In this document: in pieces, positions 1-11,402 of the stretch | Numbering within the stretch: the first letter of the stretch is position 1 | Layout of the letters: each line of letters begins with the position of its first letter | Source: an uncultured Candidatus Saccharibacteria bacterium | Lineage (GTDB): Bacteria > Patescibacteriota > Minisyncoccia > Phycocordibacterales > UBA9973 | NCBI GenBank assembly: GCA_964527185.1 | Contig: CAZGOI010000001.1 | Location: 234,410-298,409, forward strand | Direction of reading: 5' to 3' | DNA: 64,000 nucleotides | Position numbers and translations under genes: made by a program | Notes under the pieces: generated by a model | The model's input: the letters and a program-made list of their open reading frames with translations, nothing else | Database searches by the model: none | Told to the model about the DNA's origin: nothing

Positions 1-146
1 CAAACCCGCAAAACTTTCTCTGATTGGAACATTTGTCACACCAATCTCTCTACTCAAATCAAAAACAGCTTACTTCTTCAGAGCGGTCGCAAAGATAAAC
101 GGGGTACTGCACTACGGCGAAGTAATTTCGTTCACCACAAATTAGT

Positions 147-1883
147 ATGATACTTCTCGAGGCTCTAGTTAAGAATAATATTCTTCGTGAAGACCAGATT
201 GATCAAGTTACAAAAATCGCAAACGAAAAACACGACGGCAGTATAGACGAGGCACTACTTGATCTTGATATAGACGAAGACAAAATTCTTGAAACAAAAG
301 AAGCACTTTTCAATATTCCAGCTAAAAACATAGACTACAAATCTGTCGACTCAAACGTGCTCAAACTCATCCCAGTCGATGCAGTCAAAATCTACCACTT
401 TTTACCAATTGGGGAGGCCGATGGTGTCCTTGAGATTGGTATACTTGACCCAGAAAATGTTCAAGCCATGGATGCCATCACCTTTATCACCTCAAAAATC
501 GGCAAGCCATTTAAACTTTTCTTAATCAAAACTTCGGCTTACAATAAATTGCTCGGAACCTATGAAGGCATCGACAGTCAAGTCGACCAAGCTCTTTCCG
601 AGCTCGACGCTGAAATCGCTGGTAGTAAAGACGATGGTGTCACCATCGAGGCCAGCCAAAAAGCTTCTGATAAACTTAAAAAAGGTGAAGAAGAAAAAAT
701 AGTTGAAGATGCGCCAATCATAAAAATAGTCGCAGTCATTCTTCGCCACGCAACCGAAGGGCGGGCATCAGACATCCACATCGAAAATGTCGGCGACAAA
801 GTCAGAGTTAGGTTCAGAATAGACGGCACCCTACATACATCACTCGTCTTACCAATAAATGTCTACAACGGTGTTGTTGCTCGTATAAAAATTCTCGCCA
901 AACTTAGACTTGATGAAAAAAGAAAACCCCAGGACGGAGGTTTCTCGGCCAAGATCGATGGCCATAAAGTAGACTTTCGTGTTTCTACCATGCCGGGCTA
1001 CTATGGCGAAAAAGTTGAAATCAGAATACTTGATTCTGAAAGGGGAATACAAAAGATAGAACAACTCGACATGTCCCCTGAAGATTTGGCGATGATTCGC
1101 GAAGCTATAACCAAACCATACGGCCTGATTCTCATAACTGGCCCGACTGGTTCTGGTAAAAGTACAACCCTCTACTCGATGATAAATGAACTAGATCGAG
1201 AAGCAAAAAATATTGTCTCCCTCGAAGACCCAGTCGAGTACCACATCGACGGAGTCAATCAATCCCAAGTCATGCCAGAGATTGGCTACACTTTTGCTGC
1301 TGGTTTGCGTTCGATATTGCGACAAGATCCAGACATCATCATGGTTGGTGAGATTCGTGATAAAGAAACTGCCGAGTTGGCTATCCAAGCGGCTCTGACA
1401 GGCCACCTAGTTCTCTCAACACTTCACACCAATACCGCAGCTGGAGCTATCCCTCGACTCATCGATATGGGTATCGACCCATATCTCATCGCCCCGACGC
1501 TCGTACTTTGCATTGCCCAGCGTCTAGCTCACCGAATATATAAAGATTCAAAGAAACCTATACAAATCGATGATGCTACAAGACAGATGATAAATAAACA
1601 ATTTGAAGATTTACCAAAACAATTTAGAGAAAAGCTAGATATAAAAGATAATATATACGAGGCCGTGCCATCACCAGAATGTCCGTCTGGGTTGCGTGGG
1701 CGCATTTCTATATTTGAAATGTTTAAAGTCGACAAAGAAATGCAAAATCTGATACTCAAGCGACCCGATGAACAAGATATATACAAACTCGCTCGCTCAC
1801 GAGGTATGCTGACCCTGCGAGAAGATGCGATGGTCAAATCAGCCAACGGATACGTGCCGTTTAAAGAGGTCTACAACTATTAA
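147..1883 (+). CDS. pilB: Type IV pilus assembly ATPase, PilB/GspE family
   Basis: 578 aa. N-terminal GspII_E-N-like region, Walker A GPTGSGKST, Asp/His boxes, C-terminal CPxCxG-like tetracysteine region. First gene of the pilus operon. Confidence 0.88.
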   Translation: MILLEALVKNNILREDQIDQVTKIANEKHDGSIDEALLDLDIDEDKILETKEALFNIPAKNIDYKSVDSNVLKLIPVDAVKIYHFLPIGEADGVLEIGILDPENVQAMDAITFITSKIGKPFKLFLIKTSAYNKLLGTYEGIDSQVDQALSELDAEIAGSKDDGVTIEASQKASDKLKKGEEEKIVEDAPIIKIVAVILRHATEGRASDIHIENVGDKVRVRFRIDGTLHTSLVLPINVYNGVVARIKILAKLRLDEKRKPQDGGFSAKIDGHKVDFRVSTMPGYYGEKVEIRILDSERGIQKIEQLDMSPEDLAMIREAITKPYGLILITGPTGSGKSTTLYSMINELDREAKNIVSLEDPVEYHIDGVNQSQVMPEIGYTFAAGLRSILRQDPDIIMVGEIRDKETAELAIQAALTGHLVLSTLHTNTAAGAIPRLIDMGIDPYLIAPTLVLCIAQRLAHRIYKDSKKPIQIDDATRQMINKQFEDLPKQFREKLDIKDNIYEAVPSPECPSGLRGRISIFEMFKVDKEMQNLILKRPDEQDIYKLARSRGMLTLREDAMVKSANGYVPFKEVYNY

Positions 1884-1931
1884 ACGGCAGGCTATAGTAA
1901 AAGAGATAATACTATAATATAATGGACTGGT

Positions 1932-2318
1932 ATGGAAACTAAGAAAAAAATTTTCATTATTGACGATGACAGTTTCTTGCTCGATATGTATGCACTGAAG
2001 TTCAACCAATCAAATTTTAGTGTCACGACTGCTCTCGGCCCAGAGCCGGCGCTCGAAAAATTTCACCAAGGTTTTGTCCCAGATGTCGTATTGCTTGATG
2101 TTGTTATGCCGGTCATGGATGGTTTTGAACTGATGGAAAAATTGAAAGAAGAAAACCTGGCCCAAACTGCAATTTTCATAATACTCTCAAATCGTGGCCA
2201 AGCCTCAGACATCGCCCGGGGCGAATCTCTCGGTGCAGCTGGTTACATCGTCAAAGCTTCGAGTACACCGTCTGAAGTTATAGAAAAAGTTACAAGTATT
2301 ATAAATAGTAAAAAATAA
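1932..2318 (+). CDS. Stand-alone response-regulator receiver (CheY/PilH-like)
   Basis: 128 aa. Acidic IIDDD pocket, phospho-acceptor Asp in VLLDVVMP, conserved Lys in YIVKAS. No output domain. Embedded between pilB and pilT. Confidence 0.7.
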   Translation: METKKKIFIIDDDSFLLDMYALKFNQSNFSVTTALGPEPALEKFHQGFVPDVVLLDVVMPVMDGFELMEKLKEENLAQTAIFIILSNRGQASDIARGESLGAAGYIVKASSTPSEVIEKVTSIINSKK

Positions 2319-2319
2319 A

Positions 2320-3378
2320 ATGGTTCATCAAAAATTTTTAGAAGAATTATTAACAAGTTTGATACACGAAGATGGTTCCGATCTGCACCTCGGCGCTGGT
2401 CGCAAGCCGGCCATGCGTGTCAACGGCCAACTTCTTTTTATGGTTAACCAAGAAGCAAATACCAAAGAAGACATGGTTGGTATTTTGGGAGTACTGATCG
2501 GCCAGAAGAGAACAGATAAATTTTTAGAAGACAGAGAAGTAGATTTTTCTTATTCATTCAAAGGCGATACGCATCTGCGAGGTAATGCTTTCTTCCAACG
2601 TGGCTCTATTTGCATTGCTCTGCGTCTAATTCCAAAAGCAAAAACTCTAGCAGAATTAAATCTGCCACAAATACTTTCAAGTTTCACTTCAAAAAATCAA
2701 GGATTCTTCCTAGTCGTTGGCCCGGTAGGTCAAGGCAAGTCGACAACCCTCTCGACTATGATAAATATGATAAACAAAGATCGAGCCTGTCATATCGTGA
2801 CCATCGAAGATCCGATCGAGTTTGTCTATGAAGCAGACAAATCTATTATCGACCAACGTGAAGTTGGTGACGATACGCTAGATTTTGCTACTGCTCTCAA
2901 ATCCGTCTTTCGCGAAGATGTCAACGTCATATTTATCGGCGAAATGCGCAGCCCCGAGACGATTGCCGCCGCTGTTACAGCTGCTGAGACTGGCCACTTG
3001 GTCTTCTCGACGCTCCATACAAATAACGCCGCCCAGACTATCGATCGCATCATCGATTCGTTCCCTTCGGCCCAACAGGATCAGATAAGACTCCAGCTAT
3101 CTTCGAGTTTGCTCGGGGTTTTCTCGCAGCGTCTCATCCCACGTATTTCTGGTGGTCGTATACCAGCCTATGAACTCCTCATCAACAACAACGCTGTCGC
3201 CAACCTAATTCGAGAGAAACGCACTCACGAGATCAGTAACGTCGTAGAAACATCTTCAGACCAAGGTATGGTCGACATGAATCGATCGCTCGTTGAATTG
3301 GTTCAAAAAGGAGAGATCACCATGGAATCAGCCTACCAATACTCGGTCAACCCAAAGGCTCTCGAGCGTATGCTCTAA
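2320..3378 (+). CDS. pilT: Type IV pilus retraction ATPase, PilT family
   Basis: 352 aa. Walker A GPVGQGKST, PilT-type core (EDPIEF, His box TLHTN). Lacks the PilB N-domain. Confidence 0.85.
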   Translation: MVHQKFLEELLTSLIHEDGSDLHLGAGRKPAMRVNGQLLFMVNQEANTKEDMVGILGVLIGQKRTDKFLEDREVDFSYSFKGDTHLRGNAFFQRGSICIALRLIPKAKTLAELNLPQILSSFTSKNQGFFLVVGPVGQGKSTTLSTMINMINKDRACHIVTIEDPIEFVYEADKSIIDQREVGDDTLDFATALKSVFREDVNVIFIGEMRSPETIAAAVTAAETGHLVFSTLHTNNAAQTIDRIIDSFPSAQQDQIRLQLSSSLLGVFSQRLIPRISGGRIPAYELLINNNAVANLIREKRTHEISNVVETSSDQGMVDMNRSLVELVQKGEITMESAYQYSVNPKALERML

Positions 3379-3386
3379 TCTAGTCT

Positions 3387-4595
3387 ATGTTATTTACCTA
3401 TGAAGCAATCACAAACGCGGGTGAAAAAAAGAAAGGCACTGTAGATGCTAGCTCTCGCGATATGGCTATCTCGGCAATTCAACGTCGAGGTTTTATCGTA
3501 GTTTCTATCAACGAAGGCGAAGCCAAGAAAAGTATCATGCAGATGACGTTTTTTGAAAAAGGAATCGCCATGAAAGACATAGTCATAATGTCTCGCCAGA
3601 TTTCAACACTTTTCGAAGCCCAAGTTTCAGCGCTCAAGGCTTTCAATCTTCTTGCCACCAATACCGAGAACAAAGCTCTAGTAAAAATTCTAACCAACGT
3701 TTCAGATGACATATCTTCCGGCCTTTCTATTTCGCAATCTCTAGCAAAACACCCCGAAGCTTTTTCAAATTTTTATGTAAACATGGTCAAAGCTGGTGAA
3801 GAATCTGGCAAACTGACGCAGACTTTTGCCTACTTGGCCGAATACCTTGATCGGCAATATCAATTAACTGCCAAAACAAAAAATGCCCTGATCTACCCAG
3901 GTTTTGTTATTAGTGTTTTCATCCTAGTTATGATTTTGATGTTCGTCTTTATTGTTCCGAGGCTGGCCGTCATCATCGAAGAGTCAGGTCAAGACATACC
4001 TTTTGCTACAAAAGTTGTCATGGGTATCAGCGACCTCTTGATCCACTATGGTTTGATCTTACTTGTCATACTAGCATTTGGAATATTTTATCTATTTAGA
4101 TTCAGCCGCTCAAAGTCTGGTCGCGAATACCTAGACAGGCTCAAGATTTCCTTGCCAGTTTTCAAAAATATTTATACCAAACTCTACCTCTCGCGCATTT
4201 CAGATAATATGGACACCATGCTTTCATCTGGCATCCCTATCATTCGTGCTATCGAGCTGACCGGTGATGTCGTCGGCAACAAAGTTTATGAAAATATTTT
4301 AAAGGATGTAACCGACCATGTTAAGGGTGGAGGTTCTTTCTCTGATGCATTGTCTCGCCACTCCGAGATTCCTTCTATCATGTCTGGAATGGTTCGCGTC
4401 GGCGAGGAAACCGGTTCGATCGGAAATATTTTGCGCACGCTTGGCAGATTCTACGCCAGAGAAGTCAATGACGCTGTCGATACGCTCGTCAGCCTGATCG
4501 AACCTCTCATGATCGTGGCGCTCGGTCTTGGCGTCGGCTTACTTCTTGCTTCAGTTCTCATGCCTATCTACAATGTAGCCTCGGGGATTCGCTAA
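3387..4595 (+). CDS. pilC: Type IV pilus platform protein, PilC/GspF family
   Basis: 402 aa. Two GspF-like repeats with 3-4 TM segments. Position follows the ATPases. Confidence 0.85.
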   Translation: MLFTYEAITNAGEKKKGTVDASSRDMAISAIQRRGFIVVSINEGEAKKSIMQMTFFEKGIAMKDIVIMSRQISTLFEAQVSALKAFNLLATNTENKALVKILTNVSDDISSGLSISQSLAKHPEAFSNFYVNMVKAGEESGKLTQTFAYLAEYLDRQYQLTAKTKNALIYPGFVISVFILVMILMFVFIVPRLAVIIEESGQDIPFATKVVMGISDLLIHYGLILLVILAFGIFYLFRFSRSKSGREYLDRLKISLPVFKNIYTKLYLSRISDNMDTMLSSGIPIIRAIELTGDVVGNKVYENILKDVTDHVKGGGSFSDALSRHSEIPSIMSGMVRVGEETGSIGNILRTLGRFYAREVNDAVDTLVSLIEPLMIVALGLGVGLLLASVLMPIYNVASGIR

Positions 4596-4640
4596 AAGAT
4601 ATCCACAATAAGCCATATTTACACTATTTACCCTAGTTCG

Positions 4641-4657
4641 TGGTATAATGGGCCTAT
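4641..4657 (+). promoter_or_regulatory. Extended -10 promoter motif TGGTATAATGGGCCTAT upstream of major pilin
   Basis: TGnTATAAT extended -10. A near-identical 17-mer recurs at 34217-34233. Confidence 0.45.
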
Positions 4658-4712
4658 ATCAAATAAGGTCGCGTCTTAACTTTTAAGACAAATTATTAGT
4701 ATTATATTTATT

Positions 4713-5222
4713 ATGAATCAAAATAAAGGTTTCACTCTCATCGAACTTTTGGTGGTCATCGCCATCATCGGTATCCTAGCCTCTATCGTTCTTGCAGCTC
4801 TCACGAGTGCTCGAACAAAAGGCCAAGCTGCTGCAGTTCAGGCCCAAATCGCCAATATGCGCGCTCAAGCCGAGCTTTACTATAGTTCAAATAGCAACAA
4901 CTATGGTACAGGTTATACCACTATAACAGTTGCTACTAACGCTAACGGAGTCGATATTACGCCTTCAGCGTCTTGTGCTACATCGTATGCAACAAACGGT
5001 GGTATGTTTACTGCAACAACTACAGGAGGACTCGATACTCTAGTCAAGGGTGTATGTAACTCTGGTGGTACAGTTATCACAGCTTCTGTTGATGCTGCTA
5101 CGGCTACAAAGTGGGCACTCAAGGCTACAGCACCGGGTTCGGTTTACTACTGCGCTGATAGTACAGGAGTTTCAAAATCATACGTTGCTGCTCCTACTAT
5201 AGCTGCTGCTGCTTGCCCATAA
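4713..5222 (+). CDS. pilA: Type IV pilin (prepilin with class III signal), likely major pilin
   Basis: 169 aa. Leader MNQNK then G|FTLIELLVVIAIIGILA (Gly-1/Phe+1/Glu+5). Thr/Ala-rich C-terminus with a Cys pair. Strong terminator downstream. Confidence 0.82.
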   Translation: MNQNKGFTLIELLVVIAIIGILASIVLAALTSARTKGQAAAVQAQIANMRAQAELYYSSNSNNYGTGYTTITVATNANGVDITPSASCATSYATNGGMFTATTTGGLDTLVKGVCNSGGTVITASVDAATATKWALKATAPGSVYYCADSTGVSKSYVAAPTIAAAACP

Positions 5223-5243
5223 GCAACCAAAGCACCATGCTAC

Positions 5244-5276
5244 AAAACACCACCTCTCTGGTGGTGTTTTGCTTTT
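5244..5276 (+). terminator. Rho-independent terminator after pilin gene
   Basis: Hairpin aaaacaccacc-tctct-ggtggtgtttt followed by a T-run. Confidence 0.7.
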
Positions 5277-5331
5277 ATAATTGGTACAATATAGGCAGTT
5301 AATTTTACAATGGTAAGAATAATATTTCTCT

Positions 5332-5877
5332 ATGTTTTATAAAAAAGGTTTTACCCTAGTCGAGCTAATGGTCTCTATAGCTATCATTGCAATCTTGGCG
5401 AGTATTATTCTTGCATTCCTAAGTTCAAGTAAAAATAAAGGTAGTGATTCTAAAGCGCAATCACAATTAAAATCAATGGCTCCACAGGCCCAGCTGTTTA
5501 CTGGTACAACTGGGACTGCCTATGTTGTCGCTACTCCATACTCTGGCGTTGGGGCTATCACTGGCGCGGCTGCTGGCGGGACTGCGGCATCGGGTACTCT
5601 TTTTAACGATACAACAATTTCAAACAACAGTGTTTATAAACTTGCAAATACTCTACCCTCTGGCACACTCATGTATTACGGTTGGGATGGCAACTCGCCA
5701 ATCGCCGGAGGCAAATGGTTTTTTGCCGCGACGACTACCACCGGCGCCGACTGCATAGATTATTCTGGATTCTTCAAAGTCTTCACTGGCACTGTGCCGA
5801 CGACGACACTCTCTACTTGGACAGCCGCCGGGGTTTTCCCAAATGCTACAGCCGGGAACGGTTACTCTTGCAACTAA
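5332..5877 (+). CDS. Type IV pilin/pseudopilin (prepilin-type N-terminal cleavage/methylation domain)
   Basis: 181 aa. MFYKK then G|FTLVELMVSIAIIAILA. Confidence 0.72.
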   Translation: MFYKKGFTLVELMVSIAIIAILASIILAFLSSSKNKGSDSKAQSQLKSMAPQAQLFTGTTGTAYVVATPYSGVGAITGAAAGGTAASGTLFNDTTISNNSVYKLANTLPSGTLMYYGWDGNSPIAGGKWFFAATTTTGADCIDYSGFFKVFTGTVPTTTLSTWTAAGVFPNATAGNGYSCN

Positions 5878-5895
5878 AGATGATAGAATAGACTT

Positions 5896-6708
5896 ATGTA
5901 TATTCTAGTCTTTATTTTATTTTTTCTATTTGGAAATATCATCGGTAGTTTTCTAAATGTTGTCATCTATCGTTTTGGGACTGGCCGGTCGATGGTCCAC
6001 GGCCACTCCATCTGCATGTCTTGCGGGCACAAGCTCCTGTGGTATGAACTCATACCTATTTTTTCTTTTCTGATTCAATCTGGTCGCTGTCGGTCGTGCG
6101 CGAGCGCCATCTCGCACCAGTACCCGATAGTCGAGGCTGTCACAGGGTTTGTTTTTGCCATCTTGGCGTTTCATTTTCTACCACTTGCATCTTATTCGGT
6201 ATTTCACTACGCAGTCATGCTGTCTATCTATATGTTTTTATTCTCACTCCTTATTGTCATCTCTGTTTATGATATTCGCCATAAGATTATTCCAGATAAT
6301 TTGGTTTATGTTTTTGATATCATCGCTTTTATTTCTATATTTATAAATAAAACTAGCCCAACTCCATTTTTCGTAAAGCCAGATATCTGGATCATATTTT
6401 CTGGGTTTATACTGGCGGCACCTTTTGCGCTCATATGGTTACTTTCTCATGGTAAGTGGATGGGTCTCGGTGATGCCAAGCTCGAACTCGGCCTCGGGTC
6501 GATGCTCGGGCTGTCGCTCGGCCTATCGGCTATATTCATATCTTTTTGGATTGGCTCGATCGTCAGTTTGCTCACATTATTTTTTATCCATAAAAAATTT
6601 AATTTAAAAACCGAGATACCATTTGCACCATTTTTAATACTAAGTGCGCTAATAGTTTTCTTGTATAATATAGACATAATAAGTTTGGCAAATGTTTTTA
6701 GGCTCTAA
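5896..6708 (+). CDS. pilD: Prepilin peptidase (A24 family)
   Basis: 270 aa. Polytopic membrane protein, CxxC...CxxC zinc motif (CMSCGH...CRSC), catalytic Asp-containing loops. Sits inside the pilin operon. Confidence 0.8.
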   Translation: MYILVFILFFLFGNIIGSFLNVVIYRFGTGRSMVHGHSICMSCGHKLLWYELIPIFSFLIQSGRCRSCASAISHQYPIVEAVTGFVFAILAFHFLPLASYSVFHYAVMLSIYMFLFSLLIVISVYDIRHKIIPDNLVYVFDIIAFISIFINKTSPTPFFVKPDIWIIFSGFILAAPFALIWLLSHGKWMGLGDAKLELGLGSMLGLSLGLSAIFISFWIGSIVSLLTLFFIHKKFNLKTEIPFAPFLILSALIVFLYNIDIISLANVFRL

Positions 6709-6714
6709 ATCAAA

Positions 6715-7368
6715 ATGTATAAGTTGGCTAACAAAAATATAAAAAGCGGTATGACTCTAGTCGAGCTCCTAGTCGTCCTCGGTATATTTGTTATGGTTTC
6801 GCTGCTTGTCATTTTCAATTACGGTAGTTTTCGCTCGAGCGTTTCGCTCCAGAATCTAAGCGACGACATCGCTTTATCTGTCAGACGGGCGCAAAACTAT
6901 GCCATCGGTGTTCGTGGCTCGCAATCTTCATTTACATCAGGCTATGGAATTCATTTTTCAACAGCTGCACCAAATGCTTCGGATGCTAGGGCTGGAAGCA
7001 ACAAAACATTTATCTTGTTTAATGATCTAAACCCAAACAAAGTCTATAATTATCTAACCTCTTCATCGACCACTTGCAATAGCTCGACTCTCTCTTCAAG
7101 CGATGAATGCATAGACATGCTGACAATTACAACTTCTGATGTCATCTCATCGCTGTGCCCATATTCTGGTGGGACTTGCACAAACATGACCAATGCCTAT
7201 GCCGATATAACTTTTCTTCGTCCAAATCCAGACGCTTACATTTGCGTCGGTACACTTGGTTCTGGTTGTTCGCAATATTCGAGTATAGATATCATTATTA
7301 CAAACCCTGAAAGCAAACTATCAAAAACGATAACCATTTCAAACGTCGGGCAAATTAGCATCAAATAA
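6715..7368 (+). CDS. Minor pilin/pseudopilin
   Basis: 217 aa. KSG|MTLVELLVVLGIF prepilin motif. Ser/Thr/Cys-rich globular part. Confidence 0.6.
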   Translation: MYKLANKNIKSGMTLVELLVVLGIFVMVSLLVIFNYGSFRSSVSLQNLSDDIALSVRRAQNYAIGVRGSQSSFTSGYGIHFSTAAPNASDARAGSNKTFILFNDLNPNKVYNYLTSSSTTCNSSTLSSSDECIDMLTITTSDVISSLCPYSGGTCTNMTNAYADITFLRPNPDAYICVGTLGSGCSQYSSIDIIITNPESKLSKTITISNVGQISIK

Positions 7369-7369
7369 A

Positions 7370-7993
7370 ATGAGTCTTAAAATTTTTAAAAATAAAAATA
7401 CCGATTTATATAAACAAGGTTTCACTCTGGTCGAGATCATGGTTGCGACTTCAATATTTATGCTAATCATGCTCGCCGCTCTCGGTTCCCTGATTGTTTC
7501 ATCAGACGCAGCCAAGAAGGCCCAGGCACTGCGAACAGCCATGGATAATGTTAGTTTTGCCATGGAGAGTATGACCCGATCGCTTAGAATGGGAACAGAT
7601 TATACTTGCATGACTTCTTCGACATTTTCTTTACCAGGCAGTGCTCAAGCCGACTGCCCAGTTTCTTCTTCTGGTGGATCGGCCATAATATATACTCCAG
7701 CTTATGACGGTACCAAGCGTGATGCCGCCTATGTCGTAAATGCTCGTGGCGATGGCACTAGCGTCTTGCAGCGCTGTTATGCCGGAGGTTCGTGCCTAGA
7801 TATGGTTTCCTCAAATGTCGACATCCAGAAACTAACTTTTTTTGTCAGTGGTTCACATAGTGCATCGAACGGACCAGATGACCAAACACAACCAAGCATC
7901 TATATACTGGTCAAAGGTGTTGTAACCATCAAAGGCCAAGCCAATACATTTGCTGTCCAAACAACAGTTACACAACGTACGACAGAACAATAA
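7370..7993 (+). CDS. Minor pilin/pseudopilin
   Basis: 207 aa. KQG|FTLVEIMVATSIF prepilin motif. Confidence 0.6.
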   Translation: MSLKIFKNKNTDLYKQGFTLVEIMVATSIFMLIMLAALGSLIVSSDAAKKAQALRTAMDNVSFAMESMTRSLRMGTDYTCMTSSTFSLPGSAQADCPVSSSGGSAIIYTPAYDGTKRDAAYVVNARGDGTSVLQRCYAGGSCLDMVSSNVDIQKLTFFVSGSHSASNGPDDQTQPSIYILVKGVVTIKGQANTFAVQTTVTQRTTEQ

Positions 7994-7994
7994 T

Positions 7995-8600
7995 ATGGAA
8001 AAAAAATATTCACAAAAAAATAAAGGCTTCACCCTGATCGAAACAATGATCGCAGTTTTTATTCTGGCTGCGGCCATCAGTGCTATACTCGGTCTCATTT
8101 CAAGTAGTTTCTATTCTGCTAGGTACGCCAAGAACGAATTGACAGCCAATTATTTAATCCAAGAAGTTGCGGACTACATTCGCGCCGATCGAGATAGCAT
8201 CGCCTTCCAGCAGATTGCAAACCCAAGCGGTGGTTGGAATAATTTTCTTTCTAAGTATGGCAACAGCAGTAGCGGGACGGTTTGTTTCTCGGCCAAGGGT
8301 TGCGAAATAGAACCGGCCAACACTATATCGTCAAACATAAATGCTTGTAGTACGGTTCCAACCTGGGGGACGATAAATTGCAAAGTCCTAAATTACGATG
8401 AAAGCGCCACCTACAAAGATTTCTATACATACCAAAACATTGGCACGACCAGTAATTTCAAAAGAAGCGTCAACCTCTCGATCAACCCGACTATCAACAA
8501 CCCAGATGAACTCGACATAACCATTACAGTCGAATGGCTAAACGGCAACCTGGTCAGATCTCGCACGCTACACACGAGCCTATTAAACTGGAAAAAATAA
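7995..8600 (+). CDS. Minor pilin/pseudopilin (PilV-like)
   Basis: Start moved to ATG 7995 (MEKKYSQKNKG|FTLIETMIAVFILAAA). The ORF-track start at 7950 overlaps the previous gene. Confidence 0.6.
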   Translation: MEKKYSQKNKGFTLIETMIAVFILAAAISAILGLISSSFYSARYAKNELTANYLIQEVADYIRADRDSIAFQQIANPSGGWNNFLSKYGNSSSGTVCFSAKGCEIEPANTISSNINACSTVPTWGTINCKVLNYDESATYKDFYTYQNIGTTSNFKRSVNLSINPTINNPDELDITITVEWLNGNLVRSRTLHTSLLNWKK

Positions 8601-8603
8601 ATT

Positions 8604-9086
8604 ATGAATAATTTTTCTGAAAAAATAAAAAAGAACGACGGCTACGCAATACTTTTTGCGGTCATTATTGTCAGTATCATAACCCTGCTTTCTTTTGGCC
8701 TATCGAGTACCACTTACAAAGAGCTCGTCCTGTCATCGCTTGCCAGTGATTCACAGATGTCCTACTTTCAATCAGACACGGCCACCGAATGCGCCATATA
8801 TTCAGATCTGGTTTTAGGTATGGGACCTTCGACACCCTCACCTTGGAATTGTGGGGTAAATTCTACCGGTACTGATAATTATTCTTTCAATATCGGTACC
8901 ATGCCTGGGGGCAGTAGCGATTTGAGCTACAGAGTCACAAACTCACAAGCCTCGACCCTACCGTGTTTTGAATTTGACGTCGATAAGCCGACATCGACCT
9001 CTAGCATAGTTTACGCCAGAGGTTATAATAACTGCGACAAGACTAACGGAAGGACAGTCGAACGCGAGATCAGGGTTACCTACTAA
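8604..9086 (+). CDS. Pilus-associated membrane-anchored protein (PilX-like, no canonical prepilin motif)
   Basis: 160 aa. N-terminal hydrophobic anchor YAILFAVIIVSIITLL lacking Glu+5. Last gene of the pilus cluster. Confidence 0.35.
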   Translation: MNNFSEKIKKNDGYAILFAVIIVSIITLLSFGLSSTTYKELVLSSLASDSQMSYFQSDTATECAIYSDLVLGMGPSTPSPWNCGVNSTGTDNYSFNIGTMPGGSSDLSYRVTNSQASTLPCFEFDVDKPTSTSSIVYARGYNNCDKTNGRTVEREIRVTY

Positions 9087-11105
<2,019 letters not shown>

Positions 11106-11123
11106 ATATGCTATTGTAATCTT

Positions 11124-11402
11124 ATGCAATTAGAAGATATTAAAAAGCTCGCCGATCTCGCGCGGGTAGAGATGAGCGATGATGAGCTTGCCGGCATCGC
11201 CCACGATTTCGACGCCATTCTCTCGTATGTCGGGCAGATAAAAGAAGTCGGGGACTTGCCGAATGATGCGCCAGAACACTTGCTCTCAAACATCATGCGT
11301 GACGATGTCGCGACCAACGCCCGAGCTTCGTGCAGAGAAAAAATTATACAACAGATGCCAGATAGTAAAGACGGCTTCCTGAAGGTTAAGCAAATCCTAT
11401 GA
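11124..11402 (+). CDS. gatC: Asp/Glu-tRNA amidotransferase subunit C
   Basis: 92 aa. Typical GatC N-terminus (IKKLADLARVEMSDDEL). TGA stop overlaps the gatA ATG (ATGA). Confidence 0.8.
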   Translation: MQLEDIKKLADLARVEMSDDELAGIAHDFDAILSYVGQIKEVGDLPNDAPEHLLSNIMRDDVATNARASCREKIIQQMPDSKDGFLKVKQIL

